Below, piece after piece: positions 9,592 to 19,148 of a DNA stretch of 64,000 bases. Origin of the DNA: Candidatus Babeliales bacterium (GTDB lineage: Bacteria; Babelota; Babeliae; Babelales; JACPOV01). How positions within the stretch are numbered: the stretch's first letter is position 1; each line of letters begins with the position of its first letter. The DNA is taken from assembly GCA_050250855.1 (NCBI GenBank), contig JBFWNW010000003.1, positions 145,856 to 209,855 on the forward strand, given 5' to 3'. The translations under genes and the position numbers were made by a program. Under the pieces are notes generated by a model, which was given only the letters and a program-made list of their open reading frames with translations, did not search any database and had not been told where the DNA came from.

Positions 9592-10158
9592 ATGTCCACC
9601 TCAATTATTAAAAAATCATACCTTATCATTCTTCTTTTATGCTCTATGCAAGGCATCAAAAGCTCTGAAAATACAGAAACTCCAGTAGTTGACTATCAAC
9701 AAGCATCCAAAACTCTTACCTGCTTATCACAAAATCCCTTAACCTTTTTAAGCAATCTTTCAAATACATTAGATCTTAAAGCTATCTATCTATCCCCTCA
9801 AGAAAAAGAAGATCTCATAGAAAAGTTAAAAGGTTTAAAACAAGCTTTTTGCAATCGTTCAAAGCATTCAGTTTTGGTATTACCTCTTCTTGCAACAGTA
9901 TGCTTGGGCCTTAAAACTCTTTTTGACTATGCTGCAGTAAACTATAGTAAAGAGGTCTACAATTCATCATTTTTCTTGTCTGGCATTCATACAGAAAATG
10001 TTAATATTTTCATGACCAGTTTATGTCTTTTTATTGGCTGTTTGGGCTGTTCAATCTTGCTTGAAATGGAACATTCTGAATCTGTTTCTTCATTATTCAG
10101 CAAAGAAGAAAAACTTGAACAAAAAATTGATAAACTTATTACAAAGTTACAACAATAA
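9592..10158 (+). CDS. Hypothetical membrane protein
   Basis: 188 aa. N-terminal signal/anchor plus two hydrophobic segments. No recognisable family. Confidence 0.5.
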   Translation: MSTSIIKKSYLIILLLCSMQGIKSSENTETPVVDYQQASKTLTCLSQNPLTFLSNLSNTLDLKAIYLSPQEKEDLIEKLKGLKQAFCNRSKHSVLVLPLLATVCLGLKTLFDYAAVNYSKEVYNSSFFLSGIHTENVNIFMTSLCLFIGCLGCSILLEMEHSESVSSLFSKEEKLEQKIDKLITKLQQ

Positions 10159-10225
10159 ATAATTAACAAGAATTAAGCAATCTGTTTCTTGACAATTACA
10201 GGATCAACAATATCTTTTGTAAAAA

Positions 10226-10414
10226 ATTAATACCAGAAGCACTGCAAGCCGTCATTAACTATTTATTTTCACAAACTGAAACAACTGAAATTGTAGCTTT
10301 TTGTAGAGTTGATAACCCTCGCTCACAAAAAGTTCTTGAAAAATGTGGCTTTATAAAACAAGGCAGCAAGCAAGAAGAAGTTAAGGGTGTAATGGCGATC
10401 TTTGATCGCTTTGT
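10226..10414 (+). pseudogene. Orphan copy of the 3' end of the GNAT gene at 6750-7298
   Basis: 189 nt aligned by eye to 7079-7267 (offset 3147) with 3 mismatches. Encodes ...IPEALQAVINYLFSQTETTEIVAFCRVDNPRSQKVLEKCGFIKQGSKQEEVKGVMAIFDRFV, with no start codon and no N-terminal part. Confidence 0.85.
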
Positions 10415-10654
10415 AAAATTGCAGCAATAAATGACTTGTAATAAAAATTAGTTTTTCTTTTTTGGTCTTAATAAAAGAGTATCGGTATCATAGGGATATC
10501 GAATATTCCACACTTTCGTATTATCTGAAAATGGACCGACAATATACCTTTTGAGCTCCTCTTACAGCACATACTTTTATAAATTTATTGACATTAAAAA
10601 AAATTATTTAATAAATTTATATCACGTAAATATTATATTAAAAGGGGGCCTTTA

Positions 10655-12016
10655 ATGCTGTTTTTTATTCTATTTATTATTTTTATTGCTATTAATGCAT
10701 CATATCCAGAACTTGATACAAATTTTGGCCAAAATGGTAAAGTCATAACTGATCTTGGCCGCAATACCGGTGGTGTTAATTGTTATCATCCATCAATGCA
10801 TGTTGTAACTCAACCAGATGGAAAAATTATTATCGTTGCAGACATTTATAGCAATAATATATTCGCTTCTACAGAAATTGTAGATTCTGATTTTCTTCTC
10901 ATACGCTACAATCCCGACGGCTCACTTGATAAATCTTTTGGAAATCAAGGAGTAGTTGCTCTTAAAATAAGTACAAGCGAAGATCCTGATGACTTTGCAT
11001 TTGATATTGCTTTGCAAAAAAATGGAAAAATTATCGTTGTAGGCCAAACATGGCAACGAGGAGGAGGTCTTTCTGATGGTGTCTTACTAAGACTAAATCA
11101 AAATGGCTCATTAGACCAATCTTTTGGCAATCAAGGCATTATAATAGAAAATTATTATGGCCATATTATTTCAGGCTTCTTTAGAGTTAAACTACAAGAT
11201 GATGAAAAAATTATCGTTGTTGGTTCAGAAGGCCTTGGAGCACCAAATGCTGATCCAATAGAAAAAAGCTATCGCCAATTCTTCATTGCTCGCTATATAA
11301 AAGAAGGAAAAATTGATACTTCATTTGGTGAAAATGGTTATGCTTCATCACCATTGCAAGATTATGAGATGAGTTTTATTGATGCTATTCATATACAAAA
11401 AAATGGAATTATCCTTGTTGCCGGTGCAACCAATGACGTTCGCACGGCAGATGAATGGAAAGAACCTTTAAAACATACTGGCGTCGTAAGATCATATCAT
11501 CCAGATGGATCTCTTAATGAATCTTTTGGCACTAAAGGAACCGTTATTTTACCAAATATGGCAATATTAGATATTATAGAACAAGAAGATGGTAAAATTT
11601 TAGCTGTAGGCTTTAGTTATAATGCTGGACATAACACACATTGTTGGAAGATTATTCAACTACTGCCAAATGGACAGCTAAACTATGATTTTAATAAGAT
11701 ATTCAACGAAAATAATCCTATTGAAGGAACTATTCAAAAATGTGCCGCAAAAAATATTATAGTTAGCTCAACTAATAAAATTCTTGTTACAGGTTATGCA
11801 GAACTTGATGGCAAAAACTGTTTTGCTGTTGCTTGCTATAATGAAGATGGTAGCCTGGATGAAAACTGGGGCAATGAAGGGAAATTATATACCACCTTCG
11901 ATTCTTATCATGATAAAAGCCTAGCCCTATCACTTCAAGACAATAAATTAATAGTTGTTGGTGAAAGCTTTAATGGCACATATTTTAATATCGCTCTTGC
12001 ACGTTTTTTGCTTTAA
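10655..12016 (+). CDS. Delta-60-repeat (beta-propeller-like) protein with N-terminal signal/anchor
   Basis: 453 aa. About 7 repeats spaced about 50-60 aa apart with the motif D-x-[ST]-F-G-x-x-G (DTNFGQNG, DKSFGNQG, DQSFGNQG, DTSFGENG, NESFGTKG, DENWGNEG), as in TIGR02608. AAGGGGG RBS. Confidence 0.7.
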   Translation: MLFFILFIIFIAINASYPELDTNFGQNGKVITDLGRNTGGVNCYHPSMHVVTQPDGKIIIVADIYSNNIFASTEIVDSDFLLIRYNPDGSLDKSFGNQGVVALKISTSEDPDDFAFDIALQKNGKIIVVGQTWQRGGGLSDGVLLRLNQNGSLDQSFGNQGIIIENYYGHIISGFFRVKLQDDEKIIVVGSEGLGAPNADPIEKSYRQFFIARYIKEGKIDTSFGENGYASSPLQDYEMSFIDAIHIQKNGIILVAGATNDVRTADEWKEPLKHTGVVRSYHPDGSLNESFGTKGTVILPNMAILDIIEQEDGKILAVGFSYNAGHNTHCWKIIQLLPNGQLNYDFNKIFNENNPIEGTIQKCAAKNIIVSSTNKILVTGYAELDGKNCFAVACYNEDGSLDENWGNEGKLYTTFDSYHDKSLALSLQDNKLIVVGESFNGTYFNIALARFLL

Positions 12017-12149
12017 AAAGCAAAATGAAATCAGTCTTTCTTTTTTGCCATTAATGTAAGAGCATCCATATGCATGACCCATTGCCAGCATACATAAAAA
12101 AGCTATTATTTTTTTCATAGAAATTCCATAATTAAAATTATAGAGAAAC

Positions 12150-12611
12150 TTACTTACCAAAAAATAATTTCCAAATTTTATAAAGAAAGTAACCAGGAAT
12201 ATATTTTTCTGCAGAAGATTTTACTGGATACTGTTTTTTAATTATCTTTGGATCTCCAGTACCAGCATAGGATGACAGAATAATATTTTTAGTATCTTCA
12301 TCCATACTATTATTCTGCATCAAACCAAGCTTATGCAAATTATCTACTTTTTCTTTACCAAGAATTTCTGTTGTTATAGATTTTCGCTCTTCTTGTGCAT
12401 TAGACCACAAAGAGCCCTGAAAATTATAATTTTTTTTATCTGCTGCACTATAGCGCCATGTCCAATAATAATCTGAGGCTTCAACTTTTTCTAAGCTAGA
12501 CCAAACTTTATCTATTTTTTCTTGCGGCACATCAACGCCATTGCGCAATACTGTTGCTTGTACCGATAAAACCATAAAACCAGTCAATAAACTCATCATT
12601 ATTTTTTTCAT
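12150..12611 (-). CDS. Secreted protein, function unknown
   Basis: 153 aa. Signal peptide MKKIMMSLLTGFMVLSVQA. Confidence 0.55.
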   Translation of the reverse strand: MKKIMMSLLTGFMVLSVQATVLRNGVDVPQEKIDKVWSSLEKVEASDYYWTWRYSAADKKNYNFQGSLWSNAQEERKSITTEILGKEKVDNLHKLGLMQNNSMDEDTKNIILSSYAGTGDPKIIKKQYPVKSSAEKYIPGYFLYKIWKLFFGK

Positions 12612-12625
12612 AAAATCCTTTATAT

Positions 12626-12656
12626 ATAAAAAAAAGGCAGACTTTCATCTGCCTTT
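12626..12656 (-). terminator. Rho-independent terminator after rpsT
   Basis: Stem aggcaga (12635-12641) pairs with tctgcct (12648-12654). A run of T follows on the minus strand (A-run on plus at 12626-12634). Confidence 0.6.
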
Positions 12657-12685
12657 TAAATTCTTTATAAAACTTTCAACTACGT

Positions 12686-12955
12686 TTAACGAGTAGCTGC
12701 AGCAACTTTTTTTGCAAGGTTGCTAATTTTGCGCTCTACGGTATTAGCGTGTAAAACGCCTTTACTTTTTGCGCGTGATAATTTTGCTTCTGCATCACGA
12801 AGTAACGTTTGCATTTCTTGTGCAGAAAGACCAGTTTCTAAAGCTGCCACAACTTTTTTTATTGCAGTCTTTATTGCTGTTTTACGCGTCAAGTTTTTTT
12901 GACGACGTCCAATATTTTGTTTTGCTCTTTTTTTGGATGACTTAAGTCTTGCCAT
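12686..12955 (-). CDS. rpsT: 30S ribosomal protein S20
   Basis: MARLKSSKKRAKQNIGRRQKNLTRKTAIKTAIKK is a typical S20 N-terminus. 89 aa. Confidence 0.92.
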   Translation of the reverse strand: MARLKSSKKRAKQNIGRRQKNLTRKTAIKTAIKKVVAALETGLSAQEMQTLLRDAEAKLSRAKSKGVLHANTVERKISNLAKKVAAATR

Positions 12956-12970
12956 TAAAATACCTCTATC

Positions 12971-13171
12971 TTAAACAACTTTTTCAACTTTACCTGCTTT
13001 TACACATTTTGTGCAAACAGCACCACGTTTTACCTTGCCTGGCTCTGTATGTAACTTGAAGCGCATGGTGTGCACATTCGGGTAAAGCCAACGTTTTACA
13101 CGATTATTAGCATGGCTCACTAAATTGCCAACGGAAGGTTTTTTATTACAAACAGTACAAATTCGTGCCAT
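12971..13171 (-). CDS. rpmB: 50S ribosomal protein L28
   Basis: MARICTVCNKKPSVGNLVSHANNRVKRW is typical of L28. 66 aa. Confidence 0.92.
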   Translation of the reverse strand: MARICTVCNKKPSVGNLVSHANNRVKRWLYPNVHTMRFKLHTEPGKVKRGAVCTKCVKAGKVEKVV

Positions 13172-13237
13172 GATATATTAAATCCTTACTATAATTATGT
13201 CTTTAATACTATTACTTTACTAAAACTGATATATTTT

Positions 13238-14038
13238 TCAATCTATTTTTACGTTCTGATCATGAAAAAAGCTTAAAAGCTTCCTATGCATGAGATCAGC
13301 CCCCGCTACATATGATCGATAACCAGGTATAACCGGCTTGCCTGTATAGGTGGAAACTATACCGCCAGCCTCCTGAATTAGTATTAAACCAGCTGCCACA
13401 TCCCACCACGATAAATCCTCAAAAAAGATACCATCTGCGCGGCCACAGGCAACGTATGCCTGATCAAGCGCTATTGCTCCCAGGTGCCTAAATGCATAGG
13501 TGCGCGGCGAAATATCCTCAAGATGATGCAGCACACTCAAAAAAGCTTTACCTTTAGCATACGGAAACCCTACTAAAAAGAGAGAACGGTCCAATGAACG
13601 CTCTTTGGATACCGTAATTTTTTGGTCATTCAAAAATGCTCCTGCTCCCTTTTGAGCGTAAAAAAGCTCATCAAAAAGCGGTACATAGATCATGCCAAAA
13701 ACCGGCTGCTGTTTGTAAGTCAATGCTACCGATATGCAAAAATAAGGAATACCAAACGCAAAGTTGGTGGTACCATCAAGGGGATCTATAACCCAACAAT
13801 AATCCGCATCTTGATTGCCTCGCTTGCCCGATTCTTCAGCAAAAAATGATGCTTCCGGCATCACATTGGCAAGCTCTTGCATTAAAAATGTCTCGCTTGC
13901 CAGATCAGCTTCGGTCACAAATCCCTGATCTTTTTTATCACGCCAGGTCATCTGCTTGTGATAATAGAAAAGAAGAATCTCTCCCGCTTTACGTATAATC
14001 GGCTCAACCTGTAGCTTAAGCTCTTTATGCATCAGCAA
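13238..14038 (-). CDS. suhB: Inositol monophosphatase family protein (SuhB-like)
   Basis: IMPase motifs [12 protein letters not shown] and WWDVAAG. 266 aa. Confidence 0.85.
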   Translation of the reverse strand: MLMHKELKLQVEPIIRKAGEILLFYYHKQMTWRDKKDQGFVTEADLASETFLMQELANVMPEASFFAEESGKRGNQDADYCWVIDPLDGTTNFAFGIPYFCISVALTYKQQPVFGMIYVPLFDELFYAQKGAGAFLNDQKITVSKERSLDRSLFLVGFPYAKGKAFLSVLHHLEDISPRTYAFRHLGAIALDQAYVACGRADGIFFEDLSWWDVAAGLILIQEAGGIVSTYTGKPVIPGYRSYVAGADLMHRKLLSFFHDQNVKID

Positions 14039-16703
14039 GTGCCTTATCTGTTAAACGAAAACTTTCACGCGGTTCAATACCCAAAAGCTTATAAATTTCA
14101 TCAGCATACAATGTTTCTTTTTCAAGAAGTGTTTTTGCCAAGAGATCAAGCTTGTCGCGATTATCTTTTAATAATTTCTCAGTTCTTTGTTGTGCATCTT
14201 TGAGTAAGTTATGAACTACTTCATCAATCTTTTCAGCAGTTTTTTGTGAATACTCAAATTGGCCGTTACCTTGATTATAAACAACGGTGCCAAGCTCATC
14301 GGTCATACCATAACGGCACACCATATTACGCGCAGCATGTGATGCTTTGTTAAAATCATCAGCAGCACCAGAACTCAATACATTAAAAATAATCGTTTCA
14401 GCAACACGGCCACCTAAGGCAACCATGATATCAGCAAAAATCTCTTCTTTAGTTGCAAGATATTTTTCACGGTCAGGTAATGAATAGGAAACTCCTAATG
14501 CTTTACCTCGTGGCAAAATAGTAACCTTGTGTAAAGGATCTGCATGATCTGGCAATAAAAGACGAATCAACGTATGGCCAGATTCATGGAATGCAACCAT
14601 TTCACGCTCTTTTGGTGATAACACCACTGAACGCAACTCTTTACCTAATAAAATTTTATCACGCGCTTGCTCAAAATCTGTCATGCTTACCGTTTGTTTT
14701 TCTTGATGCTTTGTTGCAAGCAATGCCGCTTCATTGACCAAGTTTGCCAAATCAGCACCAGAAAAGCCTGGCGTTCCTCGTGCAATACGCATCAAATCAA
14801 CATCAGTATCTAATTTTATTTTTTTTGCATGAACAGCAAGAATTTGCTCACGACTTTTAATATCTGGATACGGCACATCAACTCTACGGTCAAATCTGCC
14901 TGGACGCAATAACGCGTTATCAAGCATATCAGGACGGTTTGTTGCCGCCATAACAATAACAGTAGAACCTTCTGAATTAAAACCATCCATTTCTGTTAAC
15001 AATTGGTTTAATGTTTGCGCTCGCTCATCGCTGCCGCCATCAAAACCTGCAACACGCTTGCCACCAACTGCATCAATTTCATCAATAAATACTATAGATG
15101 GCGAGTGTTTACGCACTTGTGCAAAAAGCTCACGTACGCGAGAAGCACCAACGCCAACATACATTTCTACAAAATCTGAAGCACTTACGCTAAAGAATGG
15201 ACAGTTTGCTTCGCCAGCAACTGCTTTGGCCAATAATGTTTTACCATTACCAGGTTCCCCAACAAGCAATACACCACTTGGCAATGTTGCTCCTAGGCGA
15301 CGATATTTTTCAGGATTTTTAAGAAAATCTACCACTTCCTGCAGCTCTTCTTTTGCTTCAGGAATACCAGCAACATCATCAAATTTCGTTTTTACTTGGG
15401 TAGGCATAAACATTTTTGGCTTACTGCTACTTTTACCAAGCATAGCACCACTGCCCATAGAAGCTTTTTTACGCGATTCTAAAATAGCGGTACGTGCATC
15501 AAGTAAATCTTGCATGCCAACTTTTTTCTGATTTTTCTTTGAGCAACTAATAGCTGCTTCATTAACAAGATTTTCTAAATCAGCACCAGAAAAACCTGCT
15601 GTTTCTTGCGCTAATTGCTCAAAATCAATAGCGTCTTCAACGCGCACTTTACGTGTATGAATTTCTAAAATTTCTTTACGTGTTTGTGTATCGGGATATT
15701 CAACCGTCACCCAACGGTCAAAGCGACCAGGGCGCAAGAGCGCTTTATCAAGCACTTCAGGAATATTGGTTGCTGCAATAACAATAACATTAGAATTTAA
15801 TGCATCAAAACCATCCATTTCAGTAAGCAACTGGTTTAATGTTTGTTCACGTTCGTCATGACCACCACCAAAACCACTACCGCGAGAACGGCCAATAGCA
15901 TCAATCTCATCAATAAAAATAATAGCTGGTGCATGTTTGCGAGCCTGTGCAAAAAGATCACGTACACGGGCAGCGCCAACACCAACAAATACTTCTATAA
16001 AATCTGAACCGGTAATACTAAAGAAAGGACAGTTTGCCTCACCTGCAACTGCTTTAGCTAATAATGTTTTACCATTACCAGGTTCACCAACTAATAAAAC
16101 ACCACGAGGAATTTTTGCGCCCAAACGGCGATATTTTTCAGGATTTTTCAAAAAATCAACGATATCGGCAAGCGCTTCTTTTGCCTGCTTTGAACCAGCA
16201 ACAGAATTAAAGCCTACATTAATCATAGAAGGCATTACCATACGCGCTCGGCTTTTGCCCATATTAAAGATGCTGCTCCCACTTCCGCCAGAACCTTGTC
16301 CGCGACGGAAAAAGTACCAAACAGCTAAAGGTAAAAGTAATAACAATGATAAAAAGACCATGTACCACATGCCATAAGAGCTTGATACCGGGATAACGTG
16401 AATATCAACGCCATGCTCTTTTAAAAGATCCCAATTTCTTGGGGTATCAACAATCGTTGCTTCAAAGCGAGTTCCATCTTTATCATTCAAAACACCGTAT
16501 ACATCTTGTCCTGCTATTTGAACAGATTTTACTTTACCCTGCTCTACCGCAGCAATAAAGCTTGAATAATGCATAGTTTTTACCTGACGAGAATAGTCAG
16601 TCAAATAGGTAAGCATAATGATACCAAACAGAAATGCCCCTACCATAATAAGGATATTTTTTGGTCCTTTTGGTACATGATTCATGGTAAATTTGTTTTT
16701 CAT
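14025..16703 (-). CDS. ftsH: FtsH-type membrane AAA+ zinc metalloprotease with two tandem AAA+ modules
   Basis: 892 aa. Two N-terminal TM helices, then two full AAA modules. Both have [14 protein letters not shown] and RPGRFDR. An M41 domain with HESGH follows. Confidence 0.9.
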   Translation of the reverse strand: MKNKFTMNHVPKGPKNILIMVGAFLFGIIMLTYLTDYSRQVKTMHYSSFIAAVEQGKVKSVQIAGQDVYGVLNDKDGTRFEATIVDTPRNWDLLKEHGVDIHVIPVSSSYGMWYMVFLSLLLLLPLAVWYFFRRGQGSGGSGSSIFNMGKSRARMVMPSMINVGFNSVAGSKQAKEALADIVDFLKNPEKYRRLGAKIPRGVLLVGEPGNGKTLLAKAVAGEANCPFFSITGSDFIEVFVGVGAARVRDLFAQARKHAPAIIFIDEIDAIGRSRGSGFGGGHDEREQTLNQLLTEMDGFDALNSNVIVIAATNIPEVLDKALLRPGRFDRWVTVEYPDTQTRKEILEIHTRKVRVEDAIDFEQLAQETAGFSGADLENLVNEAAISCSKKNQKKVGMQDLLDARTAILESRKKASMGSGAMLGKSSSKPKMFMPTQVKTKFDDVAGIPEAKEELQEVVDFLKNPEKYRRLGATLPSGVLLVGEPGNGKTLLAKAVAGEANCPFFSVSASDFVEMYVGVGASRVRELFAQVRKHSPSIVFIDEIDAVGGKRVAGFDGGSDERAQTLNQLLTEMDGFNSEGSTVIVMAATNRPDMLDNALLRPGRFDRRVDVPYPDIKSREQILAVHAKKIKLDTDVDLMRIARGTPGFSGADLANLVNEAALLATKHQEKQTVSMTDFEQARDKILLGKELRSVVLSPKEREMVAFHESGHTLIRLLLPDHADPLHKVTILPRGKALGVSYSLPDREKYLATKEEIFADIMVALGGRVAETIIFNVLSSGAADDFNKASHAARNMVCRYGMTDELGTVVYNQGNGQFEYSQKTAEKIDEVVHNLLKDAQQRTEKLLKDNRDKLDLLAKTLLEKETLYADEIYKLLGIEPRESFRLTDKALADA

Positions 16704-16873
16704 ACTGTCCTTAGATTAAGTTAAATAAAAAATTATGATCTATCAGTAAGAATTAGGTCTAAAAGACCGGTTGTCTTTATATTCTAATTGTACTATAAAA
16801 ATTACAGAAATAAAAAGGTTTAACGCATATTACTCGTTATTATAGTAAAATAGCTTCATTTTGTCGATCTCTA

Positions 16874-18208
16874 TCAACTAACTACTAAAGGAACCTTATA
16901 GGCAGGCGACCAGGCAGGATGGTTACAACGATCCTGTGCTGAGGTCAAAAAGGTTCGCTCTTGCGTAACAAGATTCAGTACCGCTATACGGCTAGCTGAA
17001 CCTGTCTGCACTGTAAAAGCAAGATAGTTGCCACAAGGGGACCAGGTACATTCTTCTTTATGGTTTTTATCAAAGGTTACCTGTTCACTTTTTTTGGTTT
17101 TCATATCATAGACAAAAATTTGCATAGCCCCATCAACAAACGCACTATACGCTATTTTGCCACTTTTAGCACAATAGGCTGGGCTCACACAATGGTCGCC
17201 ATCGGTCAATACTTCTGTTTGCTCGGTAAATGCATGGTAGTAGCACACCTGTGGCCCTTTTTTGTAAGCATCAGAACAAAAAATAATATCCCCATTTTCA
17301 CACAACGTTGGACAAACATTATTACCATTATTAGCAGTAATTGGCCGCACTAAAGATTCATCATCTTTTTGTTCACATACATATAACTGACTTTTTCCAT
17401 TCAATGAACGACAATAAATAACGCGCTTACTATCTGCAGAAAATGAAGGCAACATATTAAACCCGTCAAAATTAGAAACGAGTTTTCGTTGTTTGTGCAA
17501 ATCAACCGACATTAAACGAATGTTAGAACGCGTTGCCTCCGAATATAATAATAATGGTGAAATGCTGTCTTTGTTCCAGCGCAGGGCAAATGCTCTACCC
17601 TTTTCTACTAAGGGCGTGCAAAATTCATTATAGAGTGATTGTGCAGGATCTGCATATGGCGGTGCCAGGCAAATAGTGCGTGCTCGTTTTTTTTCACCCT
17701 GCACTTCTTTACAAAATGCAATACGAGAGGTAAAAAAGCCCTCCTGTCCTGTCAAAAGCGGCCACAATTGCCCTGCTAATAATTCTGCTCTGCAGCGCAC
17801 CGGCATATCTTGTTTTGCAAAACGCTTACCGCGCACCATTGAAGCTACTTTGGTATCATACATGCGCCACTCTAAAAAATTATCCGCTGATTCAGTTATA
17901 AATACCGAAAGAGGAAAACCATCTACGGCCATCTGTTTTACTTGTTTTGTAGTAGGAACTTTTTCAAACGATTTTACCGTAACTTTAAAACCACTGGTGC
18001 GTTGGTTCGTGCGATCAAGCATAATTTTTATATACCGCGCAAACTCATCAAGTTCTGCGGTATGTTTACCAACGACACCAAGCAATAGAGGCATTTTTTG
18101 TTGCTGTTCTTGCTTGCTTTGAATGGTCATGGTTGAGGCTTGCGGCTTTGCATACAATGCTTGCTGCATTACAAAAATCATTACTAATGACAAAAGCTTT
18201 TTTTTCAT
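16874..18208 (-). CDS. tolB: Tol-Pal system beta-propeller protein TolB
   Basis: Signal peptide. GFFTSRIAF motif. Repeated propeller motifs (WSPCGNYLAF, PAWSP). Sits downstream of tolQ-tolR-tolA. Confidence 0.8.
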   Translation of the reverse strand: MKKKLLSLVMIFVMQQALYAKPQASTMTIQSKQEQQQKMPLLLGVVGKHTAELDEFARYIKIMLDRTNQRTSGFKVTVKSFEKVPTTKQVKQMAVDGFPLSVFITESADNFLEWRMYDTKVASMVRGKRFAKQDMPVRCRAELLAGQLWPLLTGQEGFFTSRIAFCKEVQGEKKRARTICLAPPYADPAQSLYNEFCTPLVEKGRAFALRWNKDSISPLLLYSEATRSNIRLMSVDLHKQRKLVSNFDGFNMLPSFSADSKRVIYCRSLNGKSQLYVCEQKDDESLVRPITANNGNNVCPTLCENGDIIFCSDAYKKGPQVCYYHAFTEQTEVLTDGDHCVSPAYCAKSGKIAYSAFVDGAMQIFVYDMKTKKSEQVTFDKNHKEECTWSPCGNYLAFTVQTGSASRIAVLNLVTQERTFLTSAQDRCNHPAWSPAYKVPLVVS

Positions 18209-18245
18209 AATACTCCTAATTTTGTCTAACTACTTTTAAGTTCAT

Positions 18246-18413
18246 ATGGTTCGAAACGTCCAGACTTCGTCAAACTACGCTGGACTCCTCACCATGAACG
18301 GGAGAGGGTAAGCAGTTATCAATTTAATTCAAGTTATTAAGCCTTAGACAAAACTAAAATATTTTTTATCCGTTCATGGTGAGGGTTTTTCAAAGAAAAA
18401 TGTCTCGAACCAT
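18246..18413. repeat. GC-rich inverted-repeat element (locus A) between tolA and tolB
   Basis: Left arm is 18246-18301 (atggttcgaaac...cctcaccatgaacgg). Right arm is 18370-18413 (ccgttcatggtgagg...gtctcgaaccat). The 44-nt right arm is 41/44 identical to 29575-29618. Confidence 0.8.
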
Positions 18414-18428
18414 ACGAACTCTATCAGC

Positions 18429-19148
18429 TTACTGCTTAAAGGTAATAACAACTTCCTTGCCCCATAACTGTTTTGGAAATTTCATATTCATTAATGCTGC
18501 ACGCGCTGCAATATCATACGTAATAACAGACGAAGATTCTTCAATACCACAGGTACGCACAGCACCTTTATGATCAATAACTACCTTCAATGCACAATGC
18601 ACCGTACTTGCAATGCCAACGGGAGGATGCCATACTTTTTGGATTTCTTGCTCAAGCTGATCTTGTAAATCGAGCATAATTTTATCATCACGGCCAACGT
18701 AAATAATCTGTTCTTCCTGTTTTACCGGTGCGGCTTTTGGTGGCATAGTTTTTTGTACCAGTTTTGGTGCGGGTTTTTGTGCTATTTTTTTTTGTTCTAT
18801 TTTTTGCTCAGGTTTTTTTGCTGGCTCAACTTTTTTTTCTGCTACAACCGTTGTCTGTTTTTTTTGTTCAACTTTTTTTGGCACTGGTTGTTGTGCAGCC
18901 TTTTGTTGTGCTACTACTACCGGTTGTTGCGCAATAGTTTTTAATGTTGGCACCAATACTATTTTTGCAGCATGAGCACGCGGTTGCACCACAAGATGCA
19001 GTTTGCTCGGGTGCTGCATTTCATACAACCATAAAATCATACAACAAGCGATACCGTGTAATGTGCTTGAAAGTACAAAAAGCTTACTCAGATACCGATA
19101 GCGTTCAGGCACGCGTTGCAATAGCTTTTTGCATTGCAATATTGACAT
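18429..19148 (-). CDS. tolA: TolA/TonB-like protein (N-terminal anchor, Lys/Pro/Gln-rich linker, C-terminal TonB_C-like domain)
   Basis: Sits between tolR and tolB. Linker is AQQPVPKKVEQKKQ...KPAPK. I prefer the ATG at 19148 with a GGGGGA RBS to the TTG at 19163. Confidence 0.65.
   Translation of the reverse strand: MSILQCKKLLQRVPERYRYLSKLFVLSSTLHGIACCMILWLYEMQHPSKLHLVVQPRAHAAKIVLVPTLKTIAQQPVVVAQQKAAQQPVPKKVEQKKQTTVVAEKKVEPAKKPEQKIEQKKIAQKPAPKLVQKTMPPKAAPVKQEEQIIYVGRDDKIMLDLQDQLEQEIQKVWHPPVGIASTVHCALKVVIDHKGAVRTCGIEESSSVITYDIAARAALMNMKFPKQLWGKEVVITFKQ

Noticed and set aside
11948-12160. Small minus-strand ORF with an internal MKKIIAFLCMLAMGHAYGC signal-like start (at 12118)
   Set aside because: It would overlap the 3' end of the convergent delta-60-repeat gene by 69 nt, it is very short, and it has no clear RBS. 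It could be a real small lipoprotein, but the sequence alone does not support calling it.
15058-16377. Long plus-strand ORFs (157 aa and 146 aa) antisense to ftsH
   Set aside because: They lie entirely inside the well-supported ftsH CDS. They have low-complexity Pro/Ser/Ala-rich translations and no RBS. Their similarity to each other simply mirrors the AAA-module duplication on the other strand.
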